Below, in pieces: positions 12,373-26,439 of a stretch of DNA of 64,000 nt. The stretch is from positions 282,158-346,157 of the forward strand of contig RDEW01000029.1 in the NCBI GenBank assembly GCA_011109175.1, read 5' to 3'. The stretch comes from Dicyema japonicum (taxonomy: Eukaryota; Animalia; Dicyemida). A program made the translations under genes and the position numbers. Positions within the stretch are counted from its first letter, which is position 1. Every line of letters begins with the position of its first letter. The notes beneath the pieces were generated by a model. It ran no database searches and had not been told where the DNA came from. It worked only from the letters and a program-made list of their open reading frames with translations.

Positions 12373-14194
12373 ATGAATGGCAGGTTAAGCTTATGGATCC
12401 GTCCTCAGCAATTCGAATTCGGTGTACTCAAAATCCAACCAAATTTCAGATTATCTAAAACTGTATTAAATGATATAAATAAACAGAATATTTTCAAACT
12501 TGTCAAATATTTGCGGGAAAAAAACGAAATTTACCCCCTGATGAGGTACCTTAACATTACGACCTAGTTACTCCACGTGGAATTATATTGCAACCAAAAA
12601 ACTCCTTTTGAGTGAAGAATACACGTGGATGTAATACTTCAACTAATTTAAGGTTTTTCCGTCTCTACCAACTATTCGGCGCCAAAAATTTGAAAAAAAT
12701 TAAAAGGGAGGACAAGTTGTTCCAAAATAGTATAATTTCCGTTGTACCCTCAGGGATTGAAAACGGTCACTTGATTACAATCAATGCCATCAAGTTCTCC
12801 CTTTTTTTATTCATCCAAAATATTTTGTGTTACCGTGGGGACCACGACGTGGCTGAGACTCCCCCGGCCGAGGAAACTACGAAAAGCTCTAAAAGGGTAA
12901 CTTTGGAATATATGGTAGAATTTGACGGAAGGGCTAATCATGAGGTTCTTTCTAAGTGAACTGGACAATATTCTTTGTATTTTGTCTCCCGATGACCTCG
13001 ATCGTACTGCCATGGAGTCTTTTTCTTTCCTCGTTGAGGGAATCTGCGAAGGAAGTACCGAAATTCTCCCTTTGATAAAGATTTTGGAGGAAGACTCTGT
13101 GGCTTTAGAAGCTGGGAGAAATGTAAATTTATGAAGCCAAAATAATATCCCCCACTTATTAAAATTATAGGAGATGAATTTGTATGACAGAGGATCATTC
13201 CGCTCCTTCATCAGAAAATACCTGATTAAATGTCCCTTTGGCTCAAACAATTGTTTTTCCAACGGCAAAAATTCCCCGCTTAGCGACTTTTACATTTCTA
13301 AGAGTTTATGTTGGTTAACCAAACTAGAGGACATTAATTCCCACAATAAATTCCCGCGTATTCTCGACAATTTAAGTCTGATACCCAAGAATGACTCGAA
13401 CTCTTACCGACTCATCCTATTTGCTTACTTAAACGACGTGACCATTTCCGAGGACTCACTAAACCACATGAACGTCAAAATTATGAAATGTCAAAATTGT
13501 TTCTTTTACTTCCTGTGCCCATTAAAGTGATTTTCAATGTTACCTCAGATCCCTTCTGATTGAGTCATGCCGAAATTGTACTTTCATCGTTGGCCCCGTC
13601 GAACTGATAATTTCCTTCTCAAAGTGCAGTGACACACGTGCGTCCTGTCTCAGTCGACAAATTATCCTAACAACTTGCCATAGATCTCTCATCTATTTGG
13701 CTACTCCCCAGCGACCTCTTCTTGCCAATAACTCAAATACGACCCTAGTCCCCCTTAACATTTACTACGACACACTGCCACAACAGATGAAGCAAGTTCA
13801 TTTCCTCATCGATATGAACATGTGGAATAGCCCCCTTTTATACAGTAATCGCGATCTTAAGACTTTAGATCCCTCCAATGTGGAGGACCTCCAGAGCTTC
13901 TCTATATTACCCCCAGTAAAGTTTTACCAGCATAGAATTCCGTTTGAAAACTACAATATCGTTAATGTAAATCGTAGATACATTTCCTAGTTACCACGAG
14001 AACTAATAAACGATGACTACTACGAGGCATTGGAGGAACGGAAAAAGCAGAATGAGAAGTTCAGAGAGGCGATTAGGGCTGAAAAGCTGACTGAGGCACA
14101 GAGTGAAAGATACAATGAATTAATGTCATCCGAGTTTGACGAATGGCTAATATTCTCCTTTAATGAAAAGCAATTATCGCAATTAAAATATTAA
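12373..14194 (+). CDS. TBCCD1: TBCC domain-containing protein 1 (multi-exon)
   Basis: LSLWIRPQQFEFGVL, YSTWNYIATKKLLL, KFSLFLFIQ, TPQRPLL, LPPVKFY..IPFE match recalled TBCCD1; 22-24 nt GT-AG introns restore the frame. Confidence 0.8.
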
Positions 14195-14268
14195 TATTTA
14201 TATTTAATAATAAATTTGTTATTTAAAATTTAAATTATTTTTCACAATTCGTGGTTTTGTTTGTTGTG

Positions 14269-15362
<1,094 letters not shown>

Positions 15363-15644
15363 TAACTTGTCCAATTTTATTGATTTGTCATGAAAAACTA
15401 ATTTTGTTAATTCTGTGTCGTAGTACTACAATGGTTGCTCCTTTCTACTGATATTCATGCTAGTACTCCTGATTGGGATTGGAATCCATCTATATGTACA
15501 AATTCCCTGATCTCACTTGACGCCAACTTGTTCATTAATTTGTATAGCATTGGAACATAGGTCTATGCTTACTGGGCGTTTACTTAAGGAATATGTGATT
15601 CACGCGCAACCCTCATGGGATGGAGACATACCTAAGAATCGTCT

Positions 15645-15890
15645 CCATTCAAAATGTTATGTTGTCCAATTAAGTCGTGTTCCGACCCTTGGAGTTGTAT
15701 AAAAAGTCATCTTTTTAAATACTACACAAATTGATTTAAACGAGTCCTATGGGTAAGTGGAACATTTTACCAAGGTCCTCGACATCCTTAGGTAAAAAAG
15801 TCATCTTTTTTAAATTTTATAAAATTGATTTAGATGGGTAAATGAACATTTCGCCAAGGTCCTCGACATCTTTAGGTAAAAAAGTCATCA
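15645..15890 (+). repeat. Solo copy of the MULE TIR and its ~94-bp subrepeats
   Basis: CCATTCAAAATG head near 15646 and two to three units of TTTTACCAAGGTCCTCGACATCTTTAGGTAAAAAAGTCATC, as at 9433-9560. Confidence 0.75.
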
Positions 15891-16708
15891 ATCAATTTTG
15901 ATTAGTTTTACTTTAACACTACGAATCACAAATATTTTCTCTAAACTGCTTTTCCAACCTCAGGGAAGTCTACTGGATGATGAGACTTCTATCGGAAACA
16001 AAACTTTTGCTCCCAAAGGTCGGATTGGATCCTTCTAATCCCCACATGGGATATCGAACATAACCTTAGGCATTACATGAAGGTAAATTTCTGAACATCA
16101 TCAACATAACAAATCCACTGAACTTATTGCCCCCCTCTCACAAACAACCCAATTAAATTAGTAAATAACTAGGGCAACTAGAAAATTGCAAATTTTTTAA
16201 TAAAAAAATTGCATTATGGAAAAATAAACGAAATTATTTATTGTAATACGAAATTAAATATTTTTGAACATTTTCAGGTTTAAAGTTTCGATCTTTAGTA
16301 AGAATTTTCGTCAAAAGATATTGGCCTTTCAACTGAGGCTGCGCTTCCGTTGCAATTTCGAAGGTATTAGTAAATTTCTAGCGAAAGATTTTTATTCGAG
16401 AAATCAAGAATACTGAGTATCCCAGATTTCTGAAGCTTTTTTTTAATATAATTTTTTTATATTACATCAATCTGATGAAAATTTTTACATTAAAAGAAAT
16501 TTGTAAAAAGCACGCGAGACCCGGTGGTTTCTCCAGTTGATCTCAGTTGCAATCGTGAGAGGCAGCGCAACGTCGATAATGTCTGCTGGGTCCTCTTTGG
16601 ATGGATGTGGTAATTAATTATTAATGCGTTTTAGATTTAATTGTAATTTATTGCAATTTGTTGCCAAACAAACCAAAATCAAAGCAAAATAGTTTATAAA
16701 TCAAAACA

Positions 16709-17531
16709 CTATAGAAATACTTTTTTATACGGTTGATCACCAGTAGGAGTCCCACAAAAGGGACAAACACTCGTACGGAAACTAGGAATCACAATTTCAC
16801 TCCAAAATCTAAGTCCCAAAACAAGCCAACTTTGCAGTAGCCTTTGTGGTTAGATGAGTGCAGGCCGTAAAGATGTGATCCAAAGTGGTATCATCAACAT
16901 AAAAGGAGTCAGTCAATCCAACCGGAAACTGAGTGTTAAGGGACTCCAGAAATGACCTCGACTAATATCAGTCACAAAAATACTGGAATGCAGGCGAAGG
17001 CATTCCGAAAAACAAAGGCAGCTCCACATAGGTCGATGATGCACCCGTCGTGGAGAAGATACTCAACATTAACAGATATCTCATCCCATTTCTCGTCACT
17101 AAGCACGTGAACTCTATTGGTAGTGAATCCTGACTCTGAGACTGTCAAAGTTTTGGACTCATTGAATCCCCCAGCGAGAATTTTGAACGCATGTGGAGCA
17201 TCTCGGGACACAATGATTCGGCATGCAAACCGAGATACTCTGTCGTCAGAGAGGACAATGTCGTTGTTGATGGGGTTCCTTCCAATTTGAAAAATATCTG
17301 TGGTGTCGTCTTCACAGTATAAAAGTTTATAGTTTCCAATATTAATCACATAGCTTCCATTTTTGGCCTGTTTGACTCCATTGGGGACATTTCTGCGACA
17401 AAGAACATGTCTAGCACATTCTTCTCCGTTGAAACTAACAATAAATTATTAAACTAAACCCAATTTGGCAAAGTTGTCCATAGATAACATCAGGGAGACT
17501 TTTGGACTTTTTTTTCGTACGAATTGGCCAT
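16709..17531 (-). CDS. PELI: Pellino homolog (FHA-like domain plus partial RING), strongly shortened
   Basis: YGQLCQIGFNG, RRNVPNGVK, DIFQIGR, SRFACRII, LHDGCIIDLCGA, FYVD..HIFTACTH..FWSEI.IP..CPFC; three 22-25 nt introns. Confidence 0.85.
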
Positions 17532-18149
17532 TTTAGCATATTTAGGACACAAATTGATCACACACAATAAAAAAATAATTCAAACATGAATTTATTTATT
17601 GTTTATCAACAAATAATTTATAGTCAATATTTTATAAATAATTTGTTTAACACTATCAGAGTCCGCACTTTCTATAATTATTATATTGGATTAATTAATT
17701 TGAATTAGAAGATATTGGCGGGCAAATAAGGCAATTCCAAAAACCTGCAAACAAAAAGTTGTTATATTTGAACAGGAAGACCTTTGGAAAAGTACTGATG
17801 TCGGTTACTTTTAAAAGTGAGTTTCATTTTCTTAATGTTTTGCGAAAATTTCGACTGTTTGTTTGCAGAGGTCGGGGATCATGGAAAAAAATACAGCCCA
17901 CTCCCTGTTGTCTCATAATGCTTTAATAACTATAGAAATAGGCTATCCATCGAAGAAGCAACTATTTCTTGCAGTCAATCAGTCGTATGAAGAAAACTCT
18001 ACAAAGTTGTGGTTGATCACGAGCACAGGATGAAGGTGGAGATTTCACATCTGGTCAACCTAACACGTGGCACTTGTACGTGTTAATTCAATAGGATAAA
18101 ATGCATGTATTACATTTGGATTGAAATTTAAAGCCTCCAAATTAAAAAT

Positions 18150-18245
18150 TGGGAGTCGACACCGGGGACTACAAGGAATCTATGAGGAGGTTGGCTATCA
18201 ATAGAAAAGCGTGGAAGGGACTGACATGTAGTATTGTGATTAAAA
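18150..18245 (+). mobile_element. RTE 3'-end scrap
   Basis: MRRLAINRKAWKGLTCSIV resembles the RTE terminus LRSLAFDRGRWKRLTINIV seen at 1878-1990. Confidence 0.45.
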
Positions 18246-18660
18246 TACACAAGCGGGGCTAAAGTACTACAGTTCACGTGAAAGTGGTTACTATTACAAG
18301 CTAAGGGAGATTGATCAAGTTAAGCTTATCCATTCCTAGCTCGTCTTCAATTCCCCTGCCCATCAGATAACACTTAGTAATAGGGCGGAAATAATAGGAC
18401 ATTTTAAAAACAAAATAGTACAATTAAGACGTTTTAAGACAAAAATAGGACAATTTTATTATTTTTTTCATTTTTTTAATTATTTTGTATTTTTAGCGTT
18501 TAACTATAAACAAAACGTCACACTTAATCTGGGCTTTAAAATATTCTCAAAAATAACTAATCTATGAAATCATTTTAGGACAATTTATATGGAAATTAAC
18601 AAAAACTATATATTGTTAGAGAAATTAAAATTTAGCATAAAATATTTTTCAATATTGTTT

Positions 18661-18729
18661 TGTGGTCTACCAGTTATGAAAGTTCTGGAGGCGCTCAGGG
18701 TGCACTTAATGCACCGCGGAAAAGGACCA
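18661..18729 (+). ncRNA. HDV-like ribozyme fold lacking its P1 5' strand
   Basis: P2 UGGUCU/GGACCA, P3 CCAG/CUGG, P1 3' strand GGCGCU, P4 GGUGCA/UGCACC, J4/2 GCGGAAAA. Confidence 0.55.
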
Positions 18730-19849
18730 TTAACTACCTCACATCTGAAGAAGGACTCTTCGGACGACGGCCTCTTCCCTTTCTTAATCCTCCTCAGCTG
18801 AATGGGTTTCTGATAATTCTCGCCGGTGACATTGAACTTAATCCAGGCCCTCCACTCTCAATTCTGCAGATTAACATCAACGAAATCAAAAGCAAAATTC
18901 TCGAACTACGGTCTTTCATTAAATAACAGAACATTGATCTGATTTTACTTCAAGAAAGCAGACTTACTCCATCATCACCTACTCCGCATTTTCCAGGATA
19001 CCACTGCATCCGCCTGGACCGCTCAAACCCGTCGTGGTGGGGGTCTCCTCATCACTATAAGAGATAACATTCGATTTACGGACATCTCAGCGAAACTACA
19101 ATCACTAACAAACGATGGGACCACGGAAATATCTGGGATATCAATTACAAGTGGATTCGGGACTCTCAACATTACAAACATCTACGTCCCCCCTCCATCT
19201 TCTTGCCCAAAAAGATTCTCTCTAAACCTAACCAAGTTAAACAAGCTCGGAAACCTGATATTGTGTGGAGATTTTAATGCTAAACATCCAGCCTGGTTAA
19301 AATCACATCCAGCAGACTCACCTCTCTGACTATCCTTAACAACCCCAGGAAGCACACTAGGATTCCAACAAGGAAAACGAAGCTTCAACGTCCCCAGACA
19401 TTACCTTCTGTTCCCCAAACCTTGTACCGGACACATCTTGGACGGTGCATTATGGATTATCTTCCGACCACAATCCAATCATTATTCGAATCAAAAAAGT
19501 TCTTTACCACAGAAAAGAGACTGTTTCATTTTTCAACTATAAAAAAGCAAACTGGAATGACTATTCAAAATACATCGATCAAACTCTAGTAAACTTTGAT
19601 ATGATTTTCCCCTCGATAGATAGAGCTATTGACTTTCTAAACAAAACTATTCTCATGGCGCGGGGAACATTCATTCCGCGTGGATCATTTAAATTCTACA
19701 ATGAAAAACTTGATCAGAACACCAAGTCAATAATTAAAGAAAGGAATCGCCTGAAAAGACATGTACCTTCCTTTCCCGGACAGAAAAATCAAACAAAACT
19801 CTCAATGACGAAATATCTAAAAGGATTCGAAAAACAGAAGCAAACAAAT

Positions 19850-20111
19850 TAAATTAAATTATTAACCCCGGCTTCGCCAGCAAGTGGGAAGCCGGCGACC
19901 ATCAAAGAGCGTGCAGTCCGGACAGGCCGCTCCCAGAGATCCTCGACTTTTGCATCCGGTGGTCCAGGGCAGGGAAAAAGGTCTCGAACTACTCTGCCAG
20001 CCAGAAAAGGGTGGTGTCCACACCGTAGGCGAGCCAGTCCGATTCTGATCTTCCTCGGAGCGATTGTTCCGTTGGACTGATATCAGGGGGGAAGCGCTCC
20101 AAGACTTTGTT
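19850..20111 (-). mobile_element. 5'-truncated LINE insertion with 14-bp TSD
   Basis: AGAAGCAAACAAAT at 19836-19849 and 20112-20125; encodes LARLRCGHHP...DLWERP; ends CCGGGGTTAAT plus (TTTAA)n tail; host frame rejoins as KRIRKTEANKWDKLV. Confidence 0.85.
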
Positions 20112-21889
20112 AGAAGCAAACAAATGGGACAAACTAGTATCTTCCCTTCCATTTCAGAAAAAGACAACAGACGGATCTTAACAAGCTCATGAAATATTAC
20201 GCCACTATAAAGCCACAAACCTTTCAGGAAATAGATGGGCCTTCTTTATCCTCAATAAGACCAAAGAGAACACAGCCGATTAACTTTATCTCTCATTCAG
20301 ATGTCAGTGAGGGTTTGAAGAGGATGAATTCTTCTCCTTCATGTGAGCCAGATTCTATCCATGTTACTAAAACACCTTGGACCTATTGCGATTGATGCAA
20401 TCACAGTGATTTTCAACTATTTAATAAACATGAATACAATTCCAACTATCTGGAAACTATATACGCCCAATCCTTAAGCCTGGGAAGCCTAAAAACAATC
20501 CTGCATCGTTTCGACCAATATCTTTACTGTGCACCTTATCAAAGTTATTGGAAAAATTGATTATTAATCTTATAACCCGTCCTTCCTTTTTTGTCCTCAC
20601 AACATGGATTTAGAAGGGGTCATTCAACTTCTACTCACCTAACTTTTCTCAACCAATTTATCATTGAAGGCTTTAACACAAATCCTCGTCACCTCAAAAC
20701 AGTTGTCTGCTCGATCGATTTACAAAAGACCTTCGACTCTGTCTCAAGGAAAATCCTAACCCGGAAATTGTTTGTTCTCCCCGTCAACCCCAATATAAAA
20801 CTTTGGCTTGCTAACTTCATAAATGGAAGAAGGGCCCGGGTATACATGGATGGGACCAAATCAGTTTCAAGATTACTACCCAATGGTGTCCCACAAGGTT
20901 CCTCTTTATCACCCGCCTTATTTAACTTATACATGTCCGATTTATCACAACCCGATAATAAAGACGATTTCATCCTATCATATGCTGATGACTTATTAAT
21001 CGGATCCCGCGATCAAGATCTCCTAAAGACATCAGAAAGACTACAAGAATACCTTCACAAGATTCAAATTTGGCTAAATTATAACAGGCTTGATATATCT
21101 ACTGAAAAATTTTCTTGGCCTTTATTTACCTCAGACAAACGACTTGGACAAATGACAGTGGATTTATTTATCAACAAGACAAAAATACTTTTCACGAAGA
21201 AACTGAAAATCTTGGGGATCACCTTCGACACACACATGTTCTTTTCATCTCGACGCTGTCTCTGGAAGCTGCTCAAGAAAGCTAGGGATAATCAAAACTA
21301 TTTTCGGTGGCATTAAAACCCTTTCTCTGCTCTGAAATTGTTGTACTAACAATTCATTGAGTCATCTGTCAGCTATGCCTGTACGTCATGGGGAATCAAT
21401 CTTTCCTAGACGAACAAAAACAAAGAATCCGGGACATTCAGGCCTCAACAGCCACTACTATTAGTAATCTCGGGAAATTAGAAAAGCTAATACCCTTATC
21501 ACTTGAAAACCTTATCCGACAAAATGGAGATGATTTGCTACCCTGTGCAAGCAGTGCAACTCTCAACAATACACAGCCACGACGTGTCTTATGAGAAGGG
21601 TATACATCACCCCTCTCCAATTCCTATTCCCGAAACCACCTCGTCCACAGAGAAGTTGTGTTGGATCCCAGAAGGTGCACGAGGAGAAAATGAGAATTCT
21701 GATTGAGGTCTTCGAGATCACTTAATTTAGTAATTAAATTAACTATTGGTGTTCTTGGGTTAATAATAATATTGTTTTCATTGAAATTTTTCTGCATTAC
21801 AAATTGTCCCGACAATTACATTTAATATTACTTGTGTTTCATCAATAATCAAATACAAGTGTTTGTTTAAAAATGTTTTCTGTAGTTCA

Positions 21890-22011
21890 ATAACATAAAT
21901 TGTTGAGGTATACCATCCAGGCATAAGGAGTCTGGATGGGGAAGAGCAAATGGTTCTTTTTGGTGTATTACTACACTGAGAGCCACCACAAAAGGTGAAC
22001 CACATGACGCC
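21890..22011 (-). mobile_element. Short ribozyme-headed non-autonomous element; ribozyme core 21951-22011
   Basis: GGCGUCA-UG-UGGUUC-ACC-UUUUGU-GGU-GGCUCU, P4 GUGUA/UACAC, J4/2 CAAAAA, GAACCA; body resembles 61850-61880. Confidence 0.6.
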
Positions 22012-22667
22012 ACGTTTCATATACCCTGTAGGGACATGGTAATTTAGCACATTGCTTTTTTATATAACTATTTTCTAATTTGTGAAGTAAAATATCGGCA
22101 TTTAAAAATTCTTTAACTAAGAGATATCCAGTTTCTTCGTTATCTAAGAAAAAGTTGAGTGGTCTCTGCTTTTAGCATTCAGTCTGATATCTTTTCCATT
22201 AAGATATAGACCGGTGTAGTATTGTTAGATGATTTGACTATCCTAGAGCATTTTGGCAGAATAAATCTCCTTAGGTGTTCTTGTAAAAATGTATGAGTTT
22301 TTGGAAATTGCTATTGAAATTCATTCCTCTGAGTTCTAATAGTTTTAATAATTGAGAAAATACAAACCTGCCATTGAAAGAAAACTGCTACAAAAACAAT
22401 TTATAACGTGTAATTAAAAAAGTGAAAAAAATAATAACAAAATTAAAAAAATAATTAAAATAAATATGTCTTATTTTAGGAAATCCGCTCTACTGATTAA
22501 TCTCAAGGAGCTGATGTCCACCAGTTTTCTTCACTCAAAAAGACCGGGGGTGGATAGATAAATAAATGAGTCGAATAACTTCACGGACAATTCATGCGAA
22601 ACCAAATCGAGTTATTTAATTAGAAAATATAATTATTAAATTAATTATTTAATTAAATATTAAATAA

Positions 22668-24040
22668 TCAGATTTGTACTCCACTAAGTTTCATTCCACT
22701 CGATCGGAATACTTCCAAGTGGACGTCATTCAAATTAGCATAGAAATTCTCGGTTTCATTCTATTTTAAAGCAAAAACTACAATTATCATTGAATATAAT
22801 ATTTCGCCAATACACTTTTCCACTGTCATTTCAACCTTGCTTGAATTTTCGCACAAAAACTGGGATAATTTCAGAAAGCCAACTTTAATGCAGTAAGCGG
22901 CCTCTTTCTGGAGCCTCCAGGAGCCAGAATTCCCAATCGAATTCATGAGTCCCCGTAGTAGATCTTTCTATTCGGTTATACCACCTGAACCTTCAAAAAG
23001 AGGTCAATATTATTTTGGTCCTCCTCCATGAATACCCTCATCTAAATATATTGCAGTCAACCTTACTAGCTTGCAGATCCCGCTTATTTGAATATAAACC
23101 GGCAGTGGCTCATTTTCATTGAATTGTTCTCCTCATTAATAGACACTACCTGTCTGGAAGATTTTCTTGGAATTGCTTTCTTTAACCAAAATGTCTAGGA
23201 TTGTGTCATATATGTCTTCCTTGTAGTAGTCATAAGCGGATAGTTGCCGTAGAAGCTGGGAGACCTCGTACTGGACCTCCAAATGGAAGGACTTGAGAGC
23301 CCCAACTGCATTTCCAATTATTTGGCTTGGCATGAAAGGCATTGAATCCTCAGAATTAAAGGCTGGAATACCACAAGATCCCTGAGGGCGTTGGCTGAAA
23401 ATTGAACTGTCAAGTTCTGAGAAGAGTTTAGGAGGGCTATTAATGATTTGAAGATGTTGGAGGAGTTCAGTTCACTCGTTTTGGCTAAATCAAGAAGAAG
23501 CCGACTGCAGAGATAACACGTTTTAGTCCCACTAGCCCAGTTCAGGCATTCTGAGATAATCCGAACCCCTAAAGTCACCTGAACAGAGTACCGTGGGCAT
23601 TTGTGATTATCTGCTTATATGAGTTGCCGTACGAGCAAATTCCTTGTAGCAATTCTAGGGAAATTGTTTTTCGTGATTTCTGGGAGATGATTCAACGACA
23701 AAATTTCAAGCAATATCATGACCCCCCCAATTTTGATGAATTCAATGACATATTTGTGTCCAGAGGAAGCCAGAATGAATAATTTCAAGGAACTTAGCTG
23801 TTCCTTCAGATACGAGCCGATTATGTAGCTTAGTGGTTATCTTAACATGGAATACTTTACTCTAAACCAGGCGGATATTCTATTAAAAAATAATAAATCC
23901 TCCATTTTGAAGTAAATTTCCAACTCCGAGACATTCTTGTTGTTGCAGTCAAGGATTACTTTCTTGAGAATCGACCTCCTTTGGGATGAACTGCTTTCGT
24001 CCCATTTTTTGAAGAAGGCTAAGACTTGCTTATTCGCCAT
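22668..24040 (-). CDS. ARMH1: Armadillo-like helical domain-containing protein 1 (multi-exon)
   Basis: LAFFKKWDE..QRRSIL, YVIEFIKIGGVMILLEIL, FHLEVQYEV, SIGNSG..LQKEA, VEKCIGEILY match recalled ARMH1/C1orf228. Confidence 0.8.
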
Positions 24041-24663
24041 GGTTATAATATTCACTTTTTTAATAAATAAAAATAATAATCCAAATTAGGAAATAAATAA
24101 TCAGTAGCTCTAATAATTATATCCTCTTGTTCTCCAACCTCCCTCGCTTGGGGTCACTGCCCAGCTCCTTCACTACACACTCCTCCTCCCAATCGTTATG
24201 CTGATGTTCACTCGAACATTGTGGTTTCATGAACGAGCCAGATCTTCCTCTTTTCTTCAAAAGACTTTCGTCGGAAGAAATCAACACAATAGGACTAATC
24301 ATAACTTTGCGCTGTATATTTGAGACAACTCTCCAGAAGTCGTATTCGTAGAGTTATTCCCATAAAGAGAACTACAGTTCAACCACTGCCCCAATAGAAA
24401 GGAGCCCCAAATACAGAGAGTAAAATAATTTATCCATTTTTAATACTATTTTTTAAATTAAATAGCATGCTACAAAAAAGCCATAATATTTATTAATTAA
24501 AAAAGTAATCGCTAATTTTCCCCTCAATATTGTATTTTTTCCTTATTTCTTGGAGTCGTTCAGTTCGAAATCATAATATTCTTAAGTTCTTCAGGACAAG
24601 CATTAAATAATGAGTTCTCAAGATTATTCATTATTTTATTGTTGTTTTTAAAGATATGATTTA

Positions 24664-24897
24664 GTCGGGTGGCGTAGTGGTTAGGTGTCGGGCTAATGTG
24701 ACTTAGGTTACGGGTTCGATTCTCGCTGCTGTTCACCTGGTGGAAGGTTCCAAACATCTACGATGAAAAAATGGTTTGACGAGTGACGCCGTCATCAGTA
24801 ATACTCACTGCGGAACTGGATTGTCTAGAAAGGACCCGCACACAAGAAAAAGAAGTGAAGATCATTCCTTGGTTCTACGATTAGTTAAAATTAACTG
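24664..24897 (+). mobile_element. tRNA-derived SINE copy 1
   Basis: A box TGGCGTAGTGG, B box GGTTCGATTC; no acceptor stem; body homologous to reverse complement of 32820-33055. Confidence 0.7.
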
Positions 24898-25099
24898 TTC
24901 TTTACTTAAATAAAGTGTGTGTCCTGACTATGCGGAGCTATAAATATTATGGCTCTCGTGAAAAGGCTATTATACAATATATATATATAAAGGTCTGATT
25001 TTCAATTTAAGCACATCGATCATATAATTGTGTATTATTTTCAATTACATTAAATTGGATGTCCATTAAACTTGAAATATGAGTCTCCAAAAGTTCAGA

Positions 25100-25260
25100 T
25101 TGAATTCTAGGACAAGATTCGGGAACATTAATTTCTAAATTCGTATATTTTATTCCAACAATTATTTATTGTGTCCCTAGTTACTCGATTCAAGGCTTCT
25201 CCAACAATACAATAACTTGTCGCATAATTACCACATAAATATCGTCGATGCAAATTGCTT
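25100..25260 (-). mobile_element. pogo/Tigger DDE_1 transposase scrap
   Basis: IVGEALNRVTRDTINNCWNK resembles pogo-family AW..VT..TI.NCW.K. Confidence 0.45.
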
Positions 25261-25929
25261 CACAAAGGACATTTGAAACATGAAGATTAAAAGTTTATTA
25301 TTAATTTTTGCCATGGTTTAAAAATGTTTTGGTTTTATTTCTATTGGCCACGTGGCGCCATATGGTGCACTGAAAATGATATTGTGTATTTATTAATTTA
25401 AACAAAAAAATGAAAGATGCCCTTCGGACAACGCAATACTGGGTGCGTCTACTCAATTTTGGCGTCTTCCGCACTTGGACTTAATCGAGATGGTCACGGA
25501 AAGGTATCTCTTGCTGGCCGCCATGAGGACAACATTCGTTTTTTATGGGAGGAACACATATCCCCAGTTGCTCACATCTTCTAACAATATGCGGGAGACA
25601 CATAGTCCGGAACAAGGAGGTATAAGTGTTCCGTCTCAAGAGAACTGTTCACTCTAGAAAAGAGGAGACATCAGAGTAATTCTTACTAAAAGAATCCCAA
25701 ATATAGAGCTCTCGGACAGTTTTCCGTCAAGTATGGCCTTGTGGTACTCGAGGGAGGAGCACCATGCCAAATTGAGGGCGTTATGGGTCGTGTCGGGATC
25801 ACTTAAGTCGGTCAATTATGGAAGCTGACATAACGGATTGACAAATTCTCATCAAACAACATGGCAGTCACTAAATTTTTTATACAACAATAAGTTTTGC
25901 TTGTGAATAAACTTTTTAATTTTAAACTA

Positions 25930-26112
25930 TTCTCACAGTCACAGAAACAGAGACCACACTCAAGTATATCCAGAACAATGAAAAAAAATTAATATTCATT
26001 TCGCTCCGGTTGTAGTGGGAAAGAGCGAATGATCCAATGGAGTGGGAAATAAATCTTTTTTGGACCATTCTGGCGCTGGGATCAACCTGAGACAGGTGGA
26101 TCACATGATACC
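25930..26112 (-). mobile_element. Rearranged ribozyme-headed short element
   Basis: GGUAUCA-UG-UGAUCC-ACC-UGUCUCA-GGU-UGAUCC head; P4/J4/2 region carries an insertion before GGAUCA; downstream GAGC.AATG and AAGT.TATCCAG shared with 36258-36491. Confidence 0.55.
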
Positions 26113-26439
26113 ACTCTAGTAGAGTGAGAGAATATAAGGAACAGACGATACGAAGATAACCCTTCTTATCTTCTCGTAATTTTTAAGAAACCCCAAGAAG
26201 GTGTCAAAGCCAGCTAAATAAGTGACCCCAGCTTCTAGTTCCTACCAGACTCCTTTTCCCAACTCGAACTATTACAAAAGCATAAAAAAGAAAATAAGTT
26301 TCCATGTTTGGGACCTGGGAAATTACGGCGGATTCGAGAGGCAAATTTGAATTTTTTATAAATTAATTTTAAAGAATAATTAAAAATGAAACATTAATTT
26401 TTTTTTTAAATAATCAGTTATTCCTGTTTTTAATGTTCG

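Larger units (their letters stand above)
18661..21720 (+). mobile_element. Near full-length degenerate Ingi/Vingi-like LINE (ribozyme, 2A, APE, RT), second subfamily
   Basis: GDIELNPGP then LQININEIK, DLILLQES, CGDFNAKHP, SSDHNPI; RT QHGFRRGHST, DLQKTFDSV, GVPQGSSLSP, YADD. Confidence 0.85.

Noticed and set aside
18378-18590. hAT-like MITE (TAGGG start, AATAGGACA repeats)
   Set aside because: No matching inverted terminus or 8-bp TSD found.
21951-22011. Hammerhead, twister or snRNA identity for the repeated structured element
   Set aside because: No CUGAnGA core, no twister UAA/GAGG motifs and no snRNA match; strand order and covariation fit the HDV-like pseudoknot better.
24664-24735. Functional tRNA gene
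   Set aside because: A and B boxes are present but there is no acceptor stem or proper anticodon arm, and it continues into a repeated SINE body.
25424-25700. Ty3/gypsy RT relic (MPFGQRN resembles MPFGLxN)
   Set aside because: Only one short motif, with no YxDD, LTRs or other domains recognisable.
26320-26342. CGGATTCGAGAGG as the partner TIR of the pogo relic at 29318
   Set aside because: Same orientation as the 29298-29318 copy rather than inverted, and it lacks the terminal ACTG-TA.
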